From an uncultured delta proteobacterium (GTDB taxonomy: Bacteria; Myxococcota; Myxococcia; SLRQ01): DNA of 64,000 nt. The position numbers and the translations under genes were made by a program. Shown here one piece after another: positions 21,060 to 34,321 of the stretch; position 1 is the first letter of the stretch; every line of letters starts with the position of its first letter. The notes under the pieces were generated by a model. That model saw only the letters and a program-made list of their open reading frames with translations. It did no database searches and was not told the origin of the DNA. Where the stretch lies: positions 352,001 through 416,000 of the forward strand of contig CAVSGM010000002.1 in NCBI GenBank assembly GCA_963727485.1, given 5' to 3'.

Positions 21060-21118
21060 GGGGGGCCGGAAGATAGCGGATGAACGGCCGCGGGCAAAGC
21101 GGTGCGATCAGGGCCCGC

Positions 21119-22012
21119 TCAGGACCGCCGCTCGCCCATCCGCGCCTGGAAGTACCGCCCCGGCAGCCGGTGCCCCACCAGCTCCTGGGCCAGCTGGGCC
21201 ACGGTGACGAGCTTCTCCAGGTCGACGCCGGTCTCGATGCCGAGGCCATGGAGCAGGTACACCAGGTCCTCGGTGGCGAGGTTCCCGCTGGCGCCCTTGG
21301 CGTAGGGGCACCCGCCGAGGCCGCCCACGGCCGCATCGAACGTCGTGATGCCCCGCTCCAGCCCGGCCAGCACGTTGGCGAGCGCGGTCCCCCGGGTGTC
21401 GTGCATGTGCATCGCCAGCCTGGCCAGCGGCACGCCCCCGGCGTCGAGGGCGTCGAGGATGTGCCAGGTCTGCCCCGGGGTGCCGTAGCCCACGGTGTCG
21501 CCGAGGGAGACCTGGTAGCAGCCCATCTCCAGGAGCCTCCCGGCGAGCTCGACCACCCGGTCCACGGAGATGTCGCCCTCCCAGGGGCAGCCCCAGACCA
21601 TGGACAGGTACCCGCGCACCGCGAGGCCCGCGTCCCGGGCCTTCTGCACCGTGGCGGCGTAGATGTCGACCGCCTCGTCGATGGTCCGGTTGATGTTCTT
21701 CTTGTTGTGGGCCTCGCTGGCCGAGAGGAAGATCGCCACCTCCTCCATGCCGGCGGCGAGCGCCCCCTCGAGGCCCTTGAGGTTCGGGACCAGCGCGGTC
21801 CAGGTGGTCCCCGGGCGCTTGGGGAGCGCCGCCGCCAGCTCCCGGTTGTCGGCCAGCGACGGGATCCACCTGGGCGAGACGAAGGAGGTGATCTCCACCT
21901 TGGAGAGCCCGGCGTCCGCGAGGCCCTCGATGAGGCGCACCTTGTCCGCGAGCGGGACCACGGTGGCCTCGTTCTGCAGCCCGTCCCGGGGTCCCACCTC
22001 GTAGACGGTCAC
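21119..22012 (-). CDS. Hydroxymethylglutaryl-CoA lyase (true start probably near 22040)
   Basis: EVGPRDGLQNE, HMHDTRG, GLGGCPYAKGASGN. Confidence 0.93.
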   Translation of the reverse strand: MTVYEVGPRDGLQNEATVVPLADKVRLIEGLADAGLSKVEITSFVSPRWIPSLADNRELAAALPKRPGTTWTALVPNLKGLEGALAAGMEEVAIFLSASEAHNKKNINRTIDEAVDIYAATVQKARDAGLAVRGYLSMVWGCPWEGDISVDRVVELAGRLLEMGCYQVSLGDTVGYGTPGQTWHILDALDAGGVPLARLAMHMHDTRGTALANVLAGLERGITTFDAAVGGLGGCPYAKGASGNLATEDLVYLLHGLGIETGVDLEKLVTVAQLAQELVGHRLPGRYFQARMGERRS

Positions 22013-22037
22013 GCGCCTGGGGAGGTGCTCGAAGATG

Positions 22038-22454
22038 CTACGCCTCGTCGCCCCGGGGCTGGATCTCGCTGCCCACCCACTCGATGATCTGCTCGGTGGA
22101 GGTGCCCGGGGTGAAGATCTCGGCGACGCCCTTCTCCTTGAGGACCGGGATGTCGTCGTCGGGGACGATGCCGCCGCCGAAGACCACGATGTCCCCGGCG
22201 CCCTTCTCCCGCAACAGGTCGATGATGGCCGGGAACAGGGTCATGTGGGCCCCGGACATGATGGACACGCCGATGGCGTCCACGTCCTCCTGGACCGCGG
22301 CGGCGACAATCATCTCGGGCGTCTGGTGGAGGCCCGTGTAGATGACCTCGAAGCCGGCGTCCCGGAGGGCGCGGGCGACAATCTTGGCGCCCCGGTCATG
22401 GCCGTCGAGGCCGGGCTTGGCGACGAGGACGCGGGCCTTGCGCTTGGTGCTCAT
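22038..22454 (-). CDS. Cobalamin-binding small subunit of acyl-CoA mutase
   Basis: [12 protein letters not shown] (DxHxxG), SIMSGAH, FGGGIVP. Confidence 0.92.
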   Translation of the reverse strand: MSTKRKARVLVAKPGLDGHDRGAKIVARALRDAGFEVIYTGLHQTPEMIVAAAVQEDVDAIGVSIMSGAHMTLFPAIIDLLREKGAGDIVVFGGGIVPDDDIPVLKEKGVAEIFTPGTSTEQIIEWVGSEIQPRGDEA

Positions 22455-22701
22455 GGGGTCTCCCGGTGAGGTTCGGCACCATACTGCAAAGCCCCGGGAT
22501 GACGGAAGGATCGTCTTCGCCGCGGCACTCCCTCGATGCGGCCGCACCGGACGGGCCCATGATGCGTTGCGCCGGGGCGTTGCCTGCCCGGGCCGGGCCG
22601 TGGCGGGCCCGGGCGACCTCCTCCGCGCGCCTAATACAGCAGTGCTGTATTGGGCCCGCGACCCTTGCCCACCCGGCCCGCGGGCGCACCTTGGGACCAC
22701 C

Positions 22702-23694
22702 ATGCCCCATCCCCACATCCTGGTGACCGCCCCCCTCGAGCCCGAGATGCGCCAGATCGTCGAGGACCGCCTCGGCGACCGCGGGCCCCTGACCTTCCTG
22801 GCGGCCCTCGCCCCCGACGAGCGCCTCGAGGCCGTCCGCCGGGCCACGGTGGTCCTCGCCTGGCAGCCCGCCAAGGAGCTCACCGATGAAGAGCTGGCGG
22901 CCCTCGGCGAGGCCCGGTTCATGCAGCTGCTCTCCGCCGGCGCCGACCACCTGCCCCTGGACCGGCTGCCGGCGTCGCTCACCGTCGCCTCCAACGTCGG
23001 GGCCTACGCCGAGCCCATGGCCGAGCACGTGGTGGCCATGACCCTGGCGCTGATGAAGGACCTGGTCCCGGGGCACGAGAAGCTCGCCCGTGCCGAGTTC
23101 GACCAGTGGACGCCCCGGCGGCGGCTGCACGGCGCCAAGGTCGCCATCCTCGGCTTCGGGGGCATCGGCAAGGCCACCGCGCGGCTGATGCGGCCCTTCG
23201 GCGTGGAACTCCTGGCGGTGAACACCTCGGGCGAGACCGACGAGGACGTGGCCTTCTGCGGGACCCTCGACGACCTGGAGCCCGTCCTCGACCGAGCCGA
23301 CGTGGTCGTGGTCGCCCTGCCGCTGACCCGGGACACCGACGGTCTCTTCGACGCCCGCCGCCTCGGGTGGCTCAAGGACGAGACCGTCATCGTCAACGTG
23401 GCCCGGGGCGCCATCTTCGACCAGGGCGCCCTCTACGCCCACCTGAAGGCCCACCCGGGGGTGCTCGCCGGCCTCGACGCCTGGTGGGTCGAGCCCTTCG
23501 GCGCCGGGCGCTTCGAGCTGACGCATCCGTTCTTCGAGCTGCCCAACGTGCTGGGGTCGCCCCACAGCTCGGCCATCGTGCCCGGGGCGCTCACCGAGGC
23601 CGCCGGCATCGCCGCGGACAACGTGCTCCGGTTCCTCGACGGCGAGCGGCCCCATGGCGTGGTCGACCGGGCCACGGCGCTCCCGAGCGGGTAG
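22702..23694 (+). CDS. D-2-hydroxyacid dehydrogenase family protein
   Basis: GFGGIG, VNVARG, SPHSS. Confidence 0.88.
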   Translation: MPHPHILVTAPLEPEMRQIVEDRLGDRGPLTFLAALAPDERLEAVRRATVVLAWQPAKELTDEELAALGEARFMQLLSAGADHLPLDRLPASLTVASNVGAYAEPMAEHVVAMTLALMKDLVPGHEKLARAEFDQWTPRRRLHGAKVAILGFGGIGKATARLMRPFGVELLAVNTSGETDEDVAFCGTLDDLEPVLDRADVVVVALPLTRDTDGLFDARRLGWLKDETVIVNVARGAIFDQGALYAHLKAHPGVLAGLDAWWVEPFGAGRFELTHPFFELPNVLGSPHSSAIVPGALTEAAGIAADNVLRFLDGERPHGVVDRATALPSG

Positions 23695-23721
23695 GCGATC
23701 GCGCCTCCCCCGGTGCAGGCG

Positions 23722-24405
23722 TCAGTCCAGGTACTCGAGGAACCGCGCCTGGAGCAGCTTGAGGCCCCGGCCCGGGAAGTCGACCTTCACCTTGCGGTTC
23801 TCGCCCTTGCCGATCTCCTGGAGCACCTTCCCCTCGCCGAAGGTCCGGTGGCGCACCCGGCGGCCGGGGGCGCTCTCGGGCAGCGGCCGCACCAGCCGCG
23901 GGCGGAAGGTGGACACCAGGGCCGGGTCGAACTCGGGCACCAGCGACTGGACACGCACGGCCTCGATGGCCGCGTCGAGGAACGCCGGCAGCGTGGTCTT
24001 GGAGAGCGACCGGTCGGCGGCGTCGTAGCGCTGGAGGCGCAGCTCGGCCTCCGGGGGCGCGCCCTTCTCCAGGCAGTGGAAGACCATGCCCGCCCGGGCC
24101 ACGGCCACCAGATCGCCGCGCGCCCCGAGCGCCCGGGCGGCGCCGGTGTGGCCCACCACCCCCGGGAGGGTCATGCCCTGCTCGGCCTGGAGCCAGGGAA
24201 CCCCGGCGGCAAGGACCGCGAGGAGGGCGTCGGGCAGCCGCATCCCCACGGCGTTCTCGGCGTCGCGGACCGCGTCGACCCCGAGCTCCGGGAGGGCGTC
24301 GACCACCTGGAGGAAGCGCAGGTGCGCCAGCCGCGTCCGGAGCGCCTCGTCGACGGAGAGCTCTCCGGCCTGGCGCGCGTCACCGCCCACGCGACCGACG
24401 CCCAC
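23722..24405 (-). CDS. Hypothetical protein with C-terminal PcrA/UvrD-like Tudor domain
   Basis: GRRVRHRTFGEGKV...KVKVDFPGRGLKLL. Confidence 0.65.
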   Translation of the reverse strand: MGVGRVGGDARQAGELSVDEALRTRLAHLRFLQVVDALPELGVDAVRDAENAVGMRLPDALLAVLAAGVPWLQAEQGMTLPGVVGHTGAARALGARGDLVAVARAGMVFHCLEKGAPPEAELRLQRYDAADRSLSKTTLPAFLDAAIEAVRVQSLVPEFDPALVSTFRPRLVRPLPESAPGRRVRHRTFGEGKVLQEIGKGENRKVKVDFPGRGLKLLQARFLEYLD

Positions 24406-26081
<1,676 letters not shown>

Positions 26082-26085
<4 letters not shown>

Positions 26086-27231
26086 CGGCTGGCCTCCTGG
26101 AGGATCTTGCGGGCGATGACCACGCGCTGGATCTCGCTGGTGCCCTCGTAGATGGTGGTCACGCGCACGTCCCGGAGGTAGCGCTCCACCGGGAACTCGT
26201 CCACGTAACCATAGCCCCCGTGGATCTGCACCGCCTCCAGGCACGCCCGGTTGGCGGCCTCGGAGGCGAAGAGCTTGGCCATGGAGGCCTCGCGGGTGAA
26301 CGGCCTGCCCTGCTCCTTGAGCCAGGCGGCGCGAAGCGCCATGAGGCGCGCGGCGTCGAGCTCGGTGGCCATGTCCGCGAGCTTCCACTGGATGGCCTGG
26401 AAGTCGGCGATGGGGTGGCCGAAGGCCTGGCGCTCCTGCGCGTACTGCGTCGCCGCCTCGAGCGCCGCCCGGCCGATGCCCAGCGCCAGGGACGAGATGC
26501 CCACGCGCCCGCCGTCGAGGGCCATCATGGCGATCTTGAAGCCCGCCCCCGAGCTCGCCGAGGAGCGCGTCCTCGGGGACCTCGCAGTCGTCGAAGGCGA
26601 CGCTGGTGGTGGGGCTGCCCCGCTGCCCCATCTTCTCCTCGGGCTTGCCGGGGATGAGGCCCTTGGTCCCGCCGGGGACCAGAAAGGCGCTCACGCCCTT
26701 GGGCCCCGCCTCCCCGGTGCGCGCCCAGACCACGTAGACCCCGGCCCGGTCCCCGCAGGAGATCCACATCTTCTCCCCGTTGAGGACCCACCTGTCGCCC
26801 TGCTTCACCGCCTTGGTGGTCAGGCCCCCGGCGTCGGATCCGACCTTGGGCTCGGAGAGGGCGAAGGCGCCGCCGTCGAACTCGCCGCGGGTGAGCCCGG
26901 GGATGTAGCGCTGCTTCTGGGCCTCGGTGCCGAAGAAGTTGATGACCTCGCCGACCATGTTGGTCACCGCCATGGTCACCGCGGTGGCGGCGCAGGCGGC
27001 GGCGACCTCGGTCATGGCCAGGCTGTAGCTGACCACGCCGGCCTCGGCGCCCCCGTAGGCCTCCGGGAGGTTCACCCCCAAGAGGCCCACCTCGGCCAGG
27101 GCCTTCACCTGCTCGGCGGGGAAGGCGTGGGTGCGGTCGGTCTCGGCGGCCCGGGGGGCGAGGACCTCCTGGGCCACCCGCCGGGCCGTGTCCTGGACCA
27201 TCTGCTGCGTCTCGGTGAGGCCAAAGTCCAT
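26082..27231 (-). CDS. Acyl-CoA dehydrogenase (frameshift near 26545)
   Basis: [43 protein letters not shown]. Confidence 0.88.
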
Positions 27232-27418
27232 GGGGCGCTCCGGGGTGGGAATGCGGGGGCATTCATAGCCTCCCGGGGGGCCGGGAACAAGCAGGGGCCG
27301 CCCCGGCGCGCGTTGCGGACCCCGGCGACACCCCTCCGGTGACGAGCCGTCCCACCCACGGACCAGCCGCCTGGGTGTCGTCGCCTTCGCCCTCTCGGTG
27401 TGGCCCTGCGTACCGCCG

Positions 27419-29039
27419 CTAGTACACCCAGGTCTGGAAGTTGATGTCCGCGCCGCCGGTGCCCCGGGCAGTTGGGACCGAAGCTGGTGCACCCGCTTCG
27501 GGTACGGCGTTGCCTCGGAGCTCGTTGATGGTCCCGCAGACCCGGGTGAACTTCAGCGTGTAGATCTGGCCGGCCTGCTGGGGGATGGTCGACGTTGCGG
27601 TCCACGAGGAAGAGGCCGGGCGATGGTGCCGCAGGCCTGCACCGCAGGCAGCGGTCGTCAGCTGGGCGTCCCGCCGGCGCCCCTGCCGGCGAAGACCTCG
27701 AGGCTGAAGGTGGCGCAGCCGCCCCGAGCCCGGCCCAGAAGCCACCGGCCCAGATGACCGCGCTTCCCTGCCATGTAGGTCTGGATGGCGCTGTTACCCA
27801 GGCGACCCGCTGTTGGCTCCGACGCCGTGTAGGGGCACCGACTGGTCCAGGGTGCCGGCGGCGGCGGCAGGTGCCCGTGGAAGCACGACTCGGCTGGGTC
27901 GGGCAGGCGTTGCCGCAGGCCCCGCAGTGGTCGCGTCGTTGTTCGGCGTCGATCTCGCAGCCGTCGCTCGGGTCGCCGTTGCAGTCGCCGTAGTCCGCGG
28001 GCACAGGTGCCGAGACAGTGGCCGGCGGTGCAGCGGTCCGCCGTGGCGTTGGCGCCAACCGAGCAGATGGTCCCGCAGCATGCCGCAGTTGTTCGAGTCG
28101 GTCTGGCCGTCGACCTCGCAGCCGTCGGTGGCTTGGCCGTTGCAGTCGAGGTAGCCGGTGTGGCAGGACAGGCCGCAGCTGCCGGCGGTGCGCAGGCCGC
28201 CGAGGCGTTGGTCGCCGTGGCGCAGCATGTTGCTGCAGGCGGTGCAGCGGTGGTCCGGCTGGTAGGGGCTGCCTCGCAGCCGTCGGTGCGGACTGTGTTG
28301 CAGTCCCCGAGGCCCGGGTCACAGGCGATAGCGGCAGCTGCCGCCGCTGCAGGTCCGGCGTCGAGCTCGGCGCCGCGGGGCAGGCGTTGCCACAGGTGCC
28401 GCAGTTGTTGGGTCGTGGGTCGGTGTGCACCTCGCAGCCGTCGCTGGGGTCGCCGTTGCAGTCGGCGTGGCCGCTGTCGCAAGCGACGCCGCAGGCCCGT
28501 TGGTGCACTCGCCCACCTGGCCCGGCCCGGCCTGGCAGACGTTGCCGCAGGCGCCGCAGTTGTCCGGGTCGCCGGCGATGTCGGTCTCGCAGCCGTCGGC
28601 GTGCGGATCGACGTTGCAGTCGGCGAAGCCGTCGGCGCAGAGGTAGGTGCACTTGCCGGCGGTGCAGGCCCCGACGCCGTTGTTCGGGGCGTCACAGGCG
28701 GTGCCGCAGGCGCCGCAGTTCGCCGGGTCGTTGGCGGTGTCCCGGCAGTGGTCGGTGCCGTCGGTGGCGGTGCACCGGGTCAGGTCCGGGCCGCAGGTGG
28801 CTGCCGCAGGTGCCGCCGGCGCAGACCTCCCCGTCGGCGCAGGCGTTGCCGCAGGCTGCCGCAGTTGGCGTTGTCGGTCTGCACGTCCACGCAGGTGCCC
28901 CCACAGACCTTCGAGGGGCTCTGGCAGCGATCGGCGACGGGGGTGCCGCCGTCGCTGCCGCGGCGCCGCTGCCGCCGCTGCAGGCGGCGAGCGAGAGGGA
29001 CAGGAGGGCGAAGGCGCCGAGGTACCGAACCGTTCGCAT
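27419..29039 (-). CDS. Cys-rich repeat lipoprotein, paralog D (multiple frameshifts)
   Basis: [20 protein letters not shown] lipobox; DCNG..DGCE..D..NCG.CG repeats; ends FQTWVY*. Confidence 0.75.
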
Positions 29040-29084
29040 CGTCGTGGTCTCCGGGGTGGGGGTCCGAGTTGAGCGGCGCATGCC

Positions 29085-30704
29085 CTAGCGCACCCAGGTC
29101 TGGAAGATCACGTCGTAGGGGGAGTTGCGCGGGGCAGCTGAACCCGCCCTGGCCGCGCACCCGTTGGCGATAGGCGTTGGCGTACGAGGTGGCGATGTAC
29201 CCGCTGACGCGGACGAAGTTGAGGGTGTAGGTCTGCCCGGCCTGCTGGGGAATGGGGACGGAGAGGGGCACGTGGAAGAGACCCGGCGTGGTCGTTGCAG
29301 GCTTGGAGCGCAGGCCAGGGTTCGCGAGCTTCGTCCGCCCGGTGCCGGCGCCGGCGTAGACCTCGAGGCTGTAGGTGGCGCAGCCGCTGCCGAGCCCCGC
29401 CCAGAGGCCGACCTGGCCCAGGTTGCCGGTCATCCCGGCCACGTAGGTCTGGTAGATGTGTTCAGGTAGCCGGTCGCGGCCTTGTCCGCCGCGTTGTAGG
29501 GGTACGACTGGTCCAGGGTCCCCGCCGGCGCCGGCGTGCAGCTCCCCGACGAGCAGAGGTAGCCATAGCTGCAGGCGTTGCCGCAGGTGCCGCAGTTGGC
29601 GACGTCGGTGTTCGAGCTCGCTCTCGCAGCCGTCGGCGGGGTCGGCGTTGCAGTCCGCGTACCCCGCGGCACAGGTGCTGACGCACTGGCCGGCGGTGCA
29701 GGCTGTCCGCCGTGGCGTTGGCGCCAACCGAGCAGATGGTCCCGCAGGCCCCGCAGTTGTTCGGTCGTCGGTCTGGCCGTCGATCTCGCAGCCGTCGGCG
29801 GCGTTGCCCGTTGCAGTCGAGGTAGCCGGTGCGCAGGAGAGGCCGCAGCCGATGTTGGCGAGGCACGTCGCCGAGGCATTGGTCGCCGCGGAGCAGCTGT
29901 CGCTGCAGGCGGTGCAGTCGGAGACGGTGCCCAGCGGCACCTCGCAGCCGTCGGTGGCGATGCCGTTGCAGTCCGCGAAGCCGGTATCGCAGGGGGCGCG
30001 TGCAGGGGCCGGCGCTGCACGCGGGGGTCTGGTTGGGACCCCGGCGGTGCAGGTCGTGCCGCAGGCGCCGCAGTTGTCCGGGTCGGTGGCGGTGTCCACC
30101 TCGCAGCCGTCGGCAGGGTCCCCGTCGCAGTCGGCGTAGCCCGGGGCGCAGGTGACCCCGCAGGTGCCCCTGGGTGCACGTGCCCACCTGGCCCGGGCCC
30201 GGTCGGGACAGACGTGGCCACAGGCGCCGCAGTTGTCCGGATCGTTGCGATGTCGGTCTCGCAGCCGTCGGCGGCTGGAGACGTCACAGTCGGCGTAGCC
30301 GACGGCGCAGAGGTAGACGCACTGGCCGCTGGCGCAGGCGCGGGTCGGCGTTCGCCGGGGCGGTGCAGGCGTTGCCGCAGGCGCCGCAGTTCGCCGGGTC
30401 GACGGCGGTGTCGCGGCAGTGGTCCGTCCCGTCGGTGGCGGTGCAGCGGTTCAGGTCCGGTGCCGCAGGTGGTGCCGCATTGGCCGTCGGCGCAGACCTC
30501 GCCGTCGGCGCAGGCGTTGCCGCAGGCGCCGCAGTTCGCCTCGTCGGTGCGCGGGTCCACGCAAGTGCCCCCACACACCTTCGAGGGGCTCTGGCAGTGG
30601 TCCGTGACCGGGGTGCCGCCGTCCGTGCCGCCGGCACGACCACCGCACGCAGCGAATCGCAGGGACAGAAGGGCGCAGACAGAAAGGTAGCGTACCGAGT
30701 GCAT
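29085..30704 (-). CDS. Cys-rich repeat lipoprotein, paralog C (multiple frameshifts)
   Basis: [32 protein letters not shown]; ends FQTWVR*. Confidence 0.75.
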
Positions 30705-30790
30705 CGCTCGGGTCTCCGGTGGTGTGGGTTCAGAGGTGTGCGGTCACGTGGAGCTGGAGACCGGATCGCGACGGCGTATGCGGGCCAGTC

Positions 30791-30815
30791 GGCCACACAT
30801 TCCGTTTCCTGACAA
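30791..30815 (-). promoter_or_regulatory. Upstream motif TTGTCA-N12-TGTGGCC (before paralog C)
   Basis: Same motif and spacing as 34238..34262; about 87 bp before the start. Confidence 0.45.
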
Positions 30816-30915
30816 GGATCAGGAATTGCGGCTCGACCGCGTGTCGCGCGGGTGCGAGACATGTGGGCACGTAGCGTCCCCAAGTTCTCCCCCCGATGCC
30901 GCCGCGGCGCCGCCG

Positions 30916-32529
30916 CTAGTACACCCAGGTCTCGAAGTCGAGGTCCGTGGGCCCGGTCCCCGGGCACTGGGGGCCGGCGTCGCTGCAGCCGTTCGGGTAC
31001 GGGTTGCCGTAGTCGGCGGCCATGCTCCCCGGAGACCCGGGTGAACCGGAGGGTGTAGGTCTGCCCCGCCGTCTGGGGGACCACCCAGGCGTTGCGGTCC
31101 ACCTTGAAGATGCCCGGGGTCGACCCGCAGGCCTTCACGGCGGCGCCGGTGTAGATCGGGGCGCCGGACGAGGGCACTCCGGCGCCCGCCCAGACATCCA
31201 GCTTGAAGGTGCCGCAGCCGCCGAGCCCGCCCCAGAAGGCCACGCCCCCGAGGTGCCCGGTCTTGCCCGCGACGTAGGTCTGGAAGTGGGTCGCGGGGAT
31301 CCCCTCGCGCGTGGTGCTCGAGGGGTTGGGGGGCACCGACTGGTCCAGGGCACCGAAGGCCGAGCAGGTGCCCTGGAGGCAGGAGGTGGTGCCCGCGCAG
31401 ACGGTGCCACAGGTCCCGCAGTTGGCGTTGTCGCCCCAGGAGTCCACCTCGCAGCCGGTGGACGCCTTGCCGTCGCAGTCGATGTAGTTGCCGCCGGGGT
31501 TGCACACGGCGGCGCAGGTGCCGCCGTTGCAGGTGGCGCCGGTGGCCGCGAACCCGACGGGGCAGGCGTTGCCGCAGGTGCCGCAGTTGTTGACGTCGGT
31601 CTGGGTGTCCACCTCGCAGCCGTCGCTGGGGTCGGTGTTGCAGTCGGCGTAGCCGGGGTCGCAGGCGAAGCCGCACTGGGCCGGCGCGGTGCAGGTGGGC
31701 GCGGCGTTGGTCACCGCCGGGCAGCTGGCCCCGCAGGCGCCGCAGTCGGCCGGGGAGTCGAGGGTGTTCTCGCAGCCGTCGGTGGGGTCGTTGTTGCAGT
31801 CCCCGTGGCCCGTGAGGCACTGGATGCCGCAGTGGCCCCCGGCGCAGGTCGCGGTGTCGGTGGCGTCGCTGGGGCAGGCGTTCGCGCACGCCCCGCAGTT
31901 GCCCACGTCGGTGGAGATGTCCACCTCGCAGCCGTCGCTGGGGTCCGCGTTGCAGTCGGCGTGGCTGGCGTCACAGGCGACGCCGCAGACGCCGGCCGAG
32001 CAGGTCGCCACCTGCCCCGGGCCCGCCGGGCAGACGTGGCCGCAGGCGCCGCAGTTGGCCGGGTCGCCCGCGATATCGGTCTCGCAGCCGTCGGCGGCGG
32101 AGACGTTGCAGTCGGCGAAGCCGTCGGCACAGAAGTAGGCGCACCGGTTGCCGGCGCAGGCCGCGGTGGCGTTGTCCGGCGCGGTGCAGGCGTGCCCGCA
32201 GCTCCCGCAGTTCGCCGGATCGTGGGTGGTGTCCTTGCAGTGATCGGTCCCGTCGCTGGCGGTGCACCGGGTGAGGTCGGGGCCGCAGGTGGTGCCGCAG
32301 GTCCCGCCGGCGCAGACCTCGCCGTCGGTGCAGGCGTTCCCGCAGGTGCCGCAGTTGGCGTTGTCGGTGTTCACGTCCACGCAGGTGCCCGAGCAGACCT
32401 TCGAGGGGCTCTTGCAGTGCTCGGTGACCGCGGCGCCGCCGTCGGTGCCGCCGGTGCTGCCCCCGCCGCAGGCGGCGAGGAGGAGGGACAGGAGGGCGCG
32501 GAAGCGGCCAGGTACCTTGAGGTGCGCAT
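30916..32529 (-). CDS. Cys-rich repeat lipoprotein, paralog B (frameshifts near both ends)
   Basis: 30284..32380 frame shows intact repeats and the C-terminal LDQS..QTYVAG..AGQTYTL domain; ends FETWVY*. Confidence 0.8.
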
Positions 32530-32554
32530 GGTTCGAGTCTCCGAGTTGCTGGCG

Positions 32555-34154
32555 CTAGCGCACCCAGGTCTGGAAGTTGGCGTCCCAGGTCGAGCTGCCG
32601 GGGCAGGTGGACCCACGCGCGTTGGAGCAGCCGTTCGCGTAGCCGCTGCGTGATGGTGAGGGCGCCGATGGTGGTGACGAAGTTCAGGGTGTAGGTCTGC
32701 CCGGCGGTCTGGGGAATGACGACGTCGAGGGGCACGTGGAAGAGACCCGGGACCTTGTTGCAGGCCTGCACCGCGGGGAGGCTGCCGAGGAGGGTGCCGC
32801 CCGTGCCGGCGCCGTCGTAGACCTCGAGGGTGTAGGTGGAGCAGCCGCCCCCTTGCGCGTTCCAGAAGGCGACCTGCCCCAGGGACCGGTGATGCCGGCG
32901 ACGTAGGTCTGGTAGGCGGCCCCGCGACGCCGATGGTCGTGGTGCTCGTCGGGTCGTAGGGGAACGACTGGTCGAGGGTTCCCGCCGGCGGGGGCACGCA
33001 GGTGCCCGCCGCTGCACACGTCGCCACCGGTGACAGGCGCGTTGCAGGCCCCGCAGTTGGCGGCGTCGGTGTTCAGGTCGACCTCGCAGCCGGTGGTGTA
33101 GTCGGCGTCGCAGTCCGCGTAGCCCGAGGCGCAGCTGAGGACGCAGGCGCCGGCGGTGCAGGTGGGGCCGGTGGTGTTGGCCTCGGAGGCGCAGGCGTTG
33201 TCGCAGGTCCCGCAGTGCTGGGGGTCGGTCTGGTCGTCGACCTCGCAGCCGTCGGTCGCGTCCTTGTTGCAGTCGAGGTAGCCGGTGTCGCAGGTGAGGC
33301 CGCAGCCGCTGGTGGCGTCACAGACCGGCGCGCTGTTCGCCTGGGTGGCGCAGGCGTCGGCGCAGGCGGTGCAGTCGGTGAGGGTGCCGAGCGGCGTCTC
33401 GCAGCCGTCGCTGGGGTCCGAGTTGCAGTCCGCGTAGCCCGAGTCGCAGGCGATGCCGCAACTGGCCGGCGGTGCACGACGCCGACTGGTTCGGCCCGGC
33501 GCCGGATCCGGCACAGGCGTTGCCGCAGGTGCCGCAGTGGGCCGGGTCGGTGGCCAGGTTCACCTCGCAGCCGTCGAAGGGGGCGTTGTTGCAGTCGGCG
33601 TAGCCCGGGGCGCAGGCGATGCCGCACACGCCCTGGGTACAGGTCCCGACCTGCCCGGGCCCCGCGGGGCAGACGTGGCCACAGGCGCCGCAGTTCTCCG
33701 GGTCGTTTGCGACGTCGGTCTCGCAGCCGTCGGCGGCGGCGGCGTCGCAGTCGGCGAAGCCAGCCGGGCAGACGAAGGCGCAGGTGCCCCCGGCGCAGGT
33801 CCCCGACGGCGTTCGTCGGGGCGGTGCAGGCGTGGCCGCAGCTGCCGCAGTTCGCCGGGTCCACGTTGGTGTCGGCGCAGTAGTCGCTCCCGCCGGTGAC
33901 GGTGCAGCGGGCCAGGTCCGAGCCGCAGGTGGTGCCGCAGACGCCGCCGGCGCAGACCTCGCCGTCGGGGCAGGCGTTCCCGCAGCTGCCGCAGTTGGCC
34001 TCGTCGGTGCGCGGGTCCACGCAGGCGCCCCCACAGACCTTCGAGGGGCTCTTGCAGTGATCGGTGCCGACGGCTTGCCGGCGCTGCCGCCGCCACAGCC
34101 GGCGAGGACGAGGGACAGGAGGGCGCAGGCAGACAGACAGCGGGCCGTGTGCAT
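32555..34154 (-). CDS. Cys-rich repeat lipoprotein, paralog A (multiple frameshifts)
   Basis: MHTARCLSACALLSLVLAGC lipobox; same repeats; ends FQTWVR*. Confidence 0.75.
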
Positions 34155-34237
34155 TGCGCGGGTCTCCAGGATGAGGGTTCGGGGTGGCGGGCCAGGAACT
34201 CCGGCGACCCGTTCGCAACCACGGTCAGTTTCGAGTG

Positions 34238-34262
34238 GGCCACAGCCGACGTGTTCTGACAA
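34238..34262 (-). promoter_or_regulatory. Upstream motif TTGTCA-N12-TGTGGCC (before paralog A)
   Basis: About 84 bp before the start; matches the copy before paralog C. Confidence 0.45.
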
Positions 34263-34321
34263 TCAGCAGCATTCCATCGAGGGTTCTCCCTGGGTTCCCG
34301 CGAACCGGTATGCTGCGCACA

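Noticed and set aside
27419..34154. Diversity-generating retroelement or shufflon behind the variable C-termini
   Set aside because: No reverse transcriptase or recombinase in the window and no near-identical TR/VR pair differing only at adenines. Divergence is spread along whole genes.
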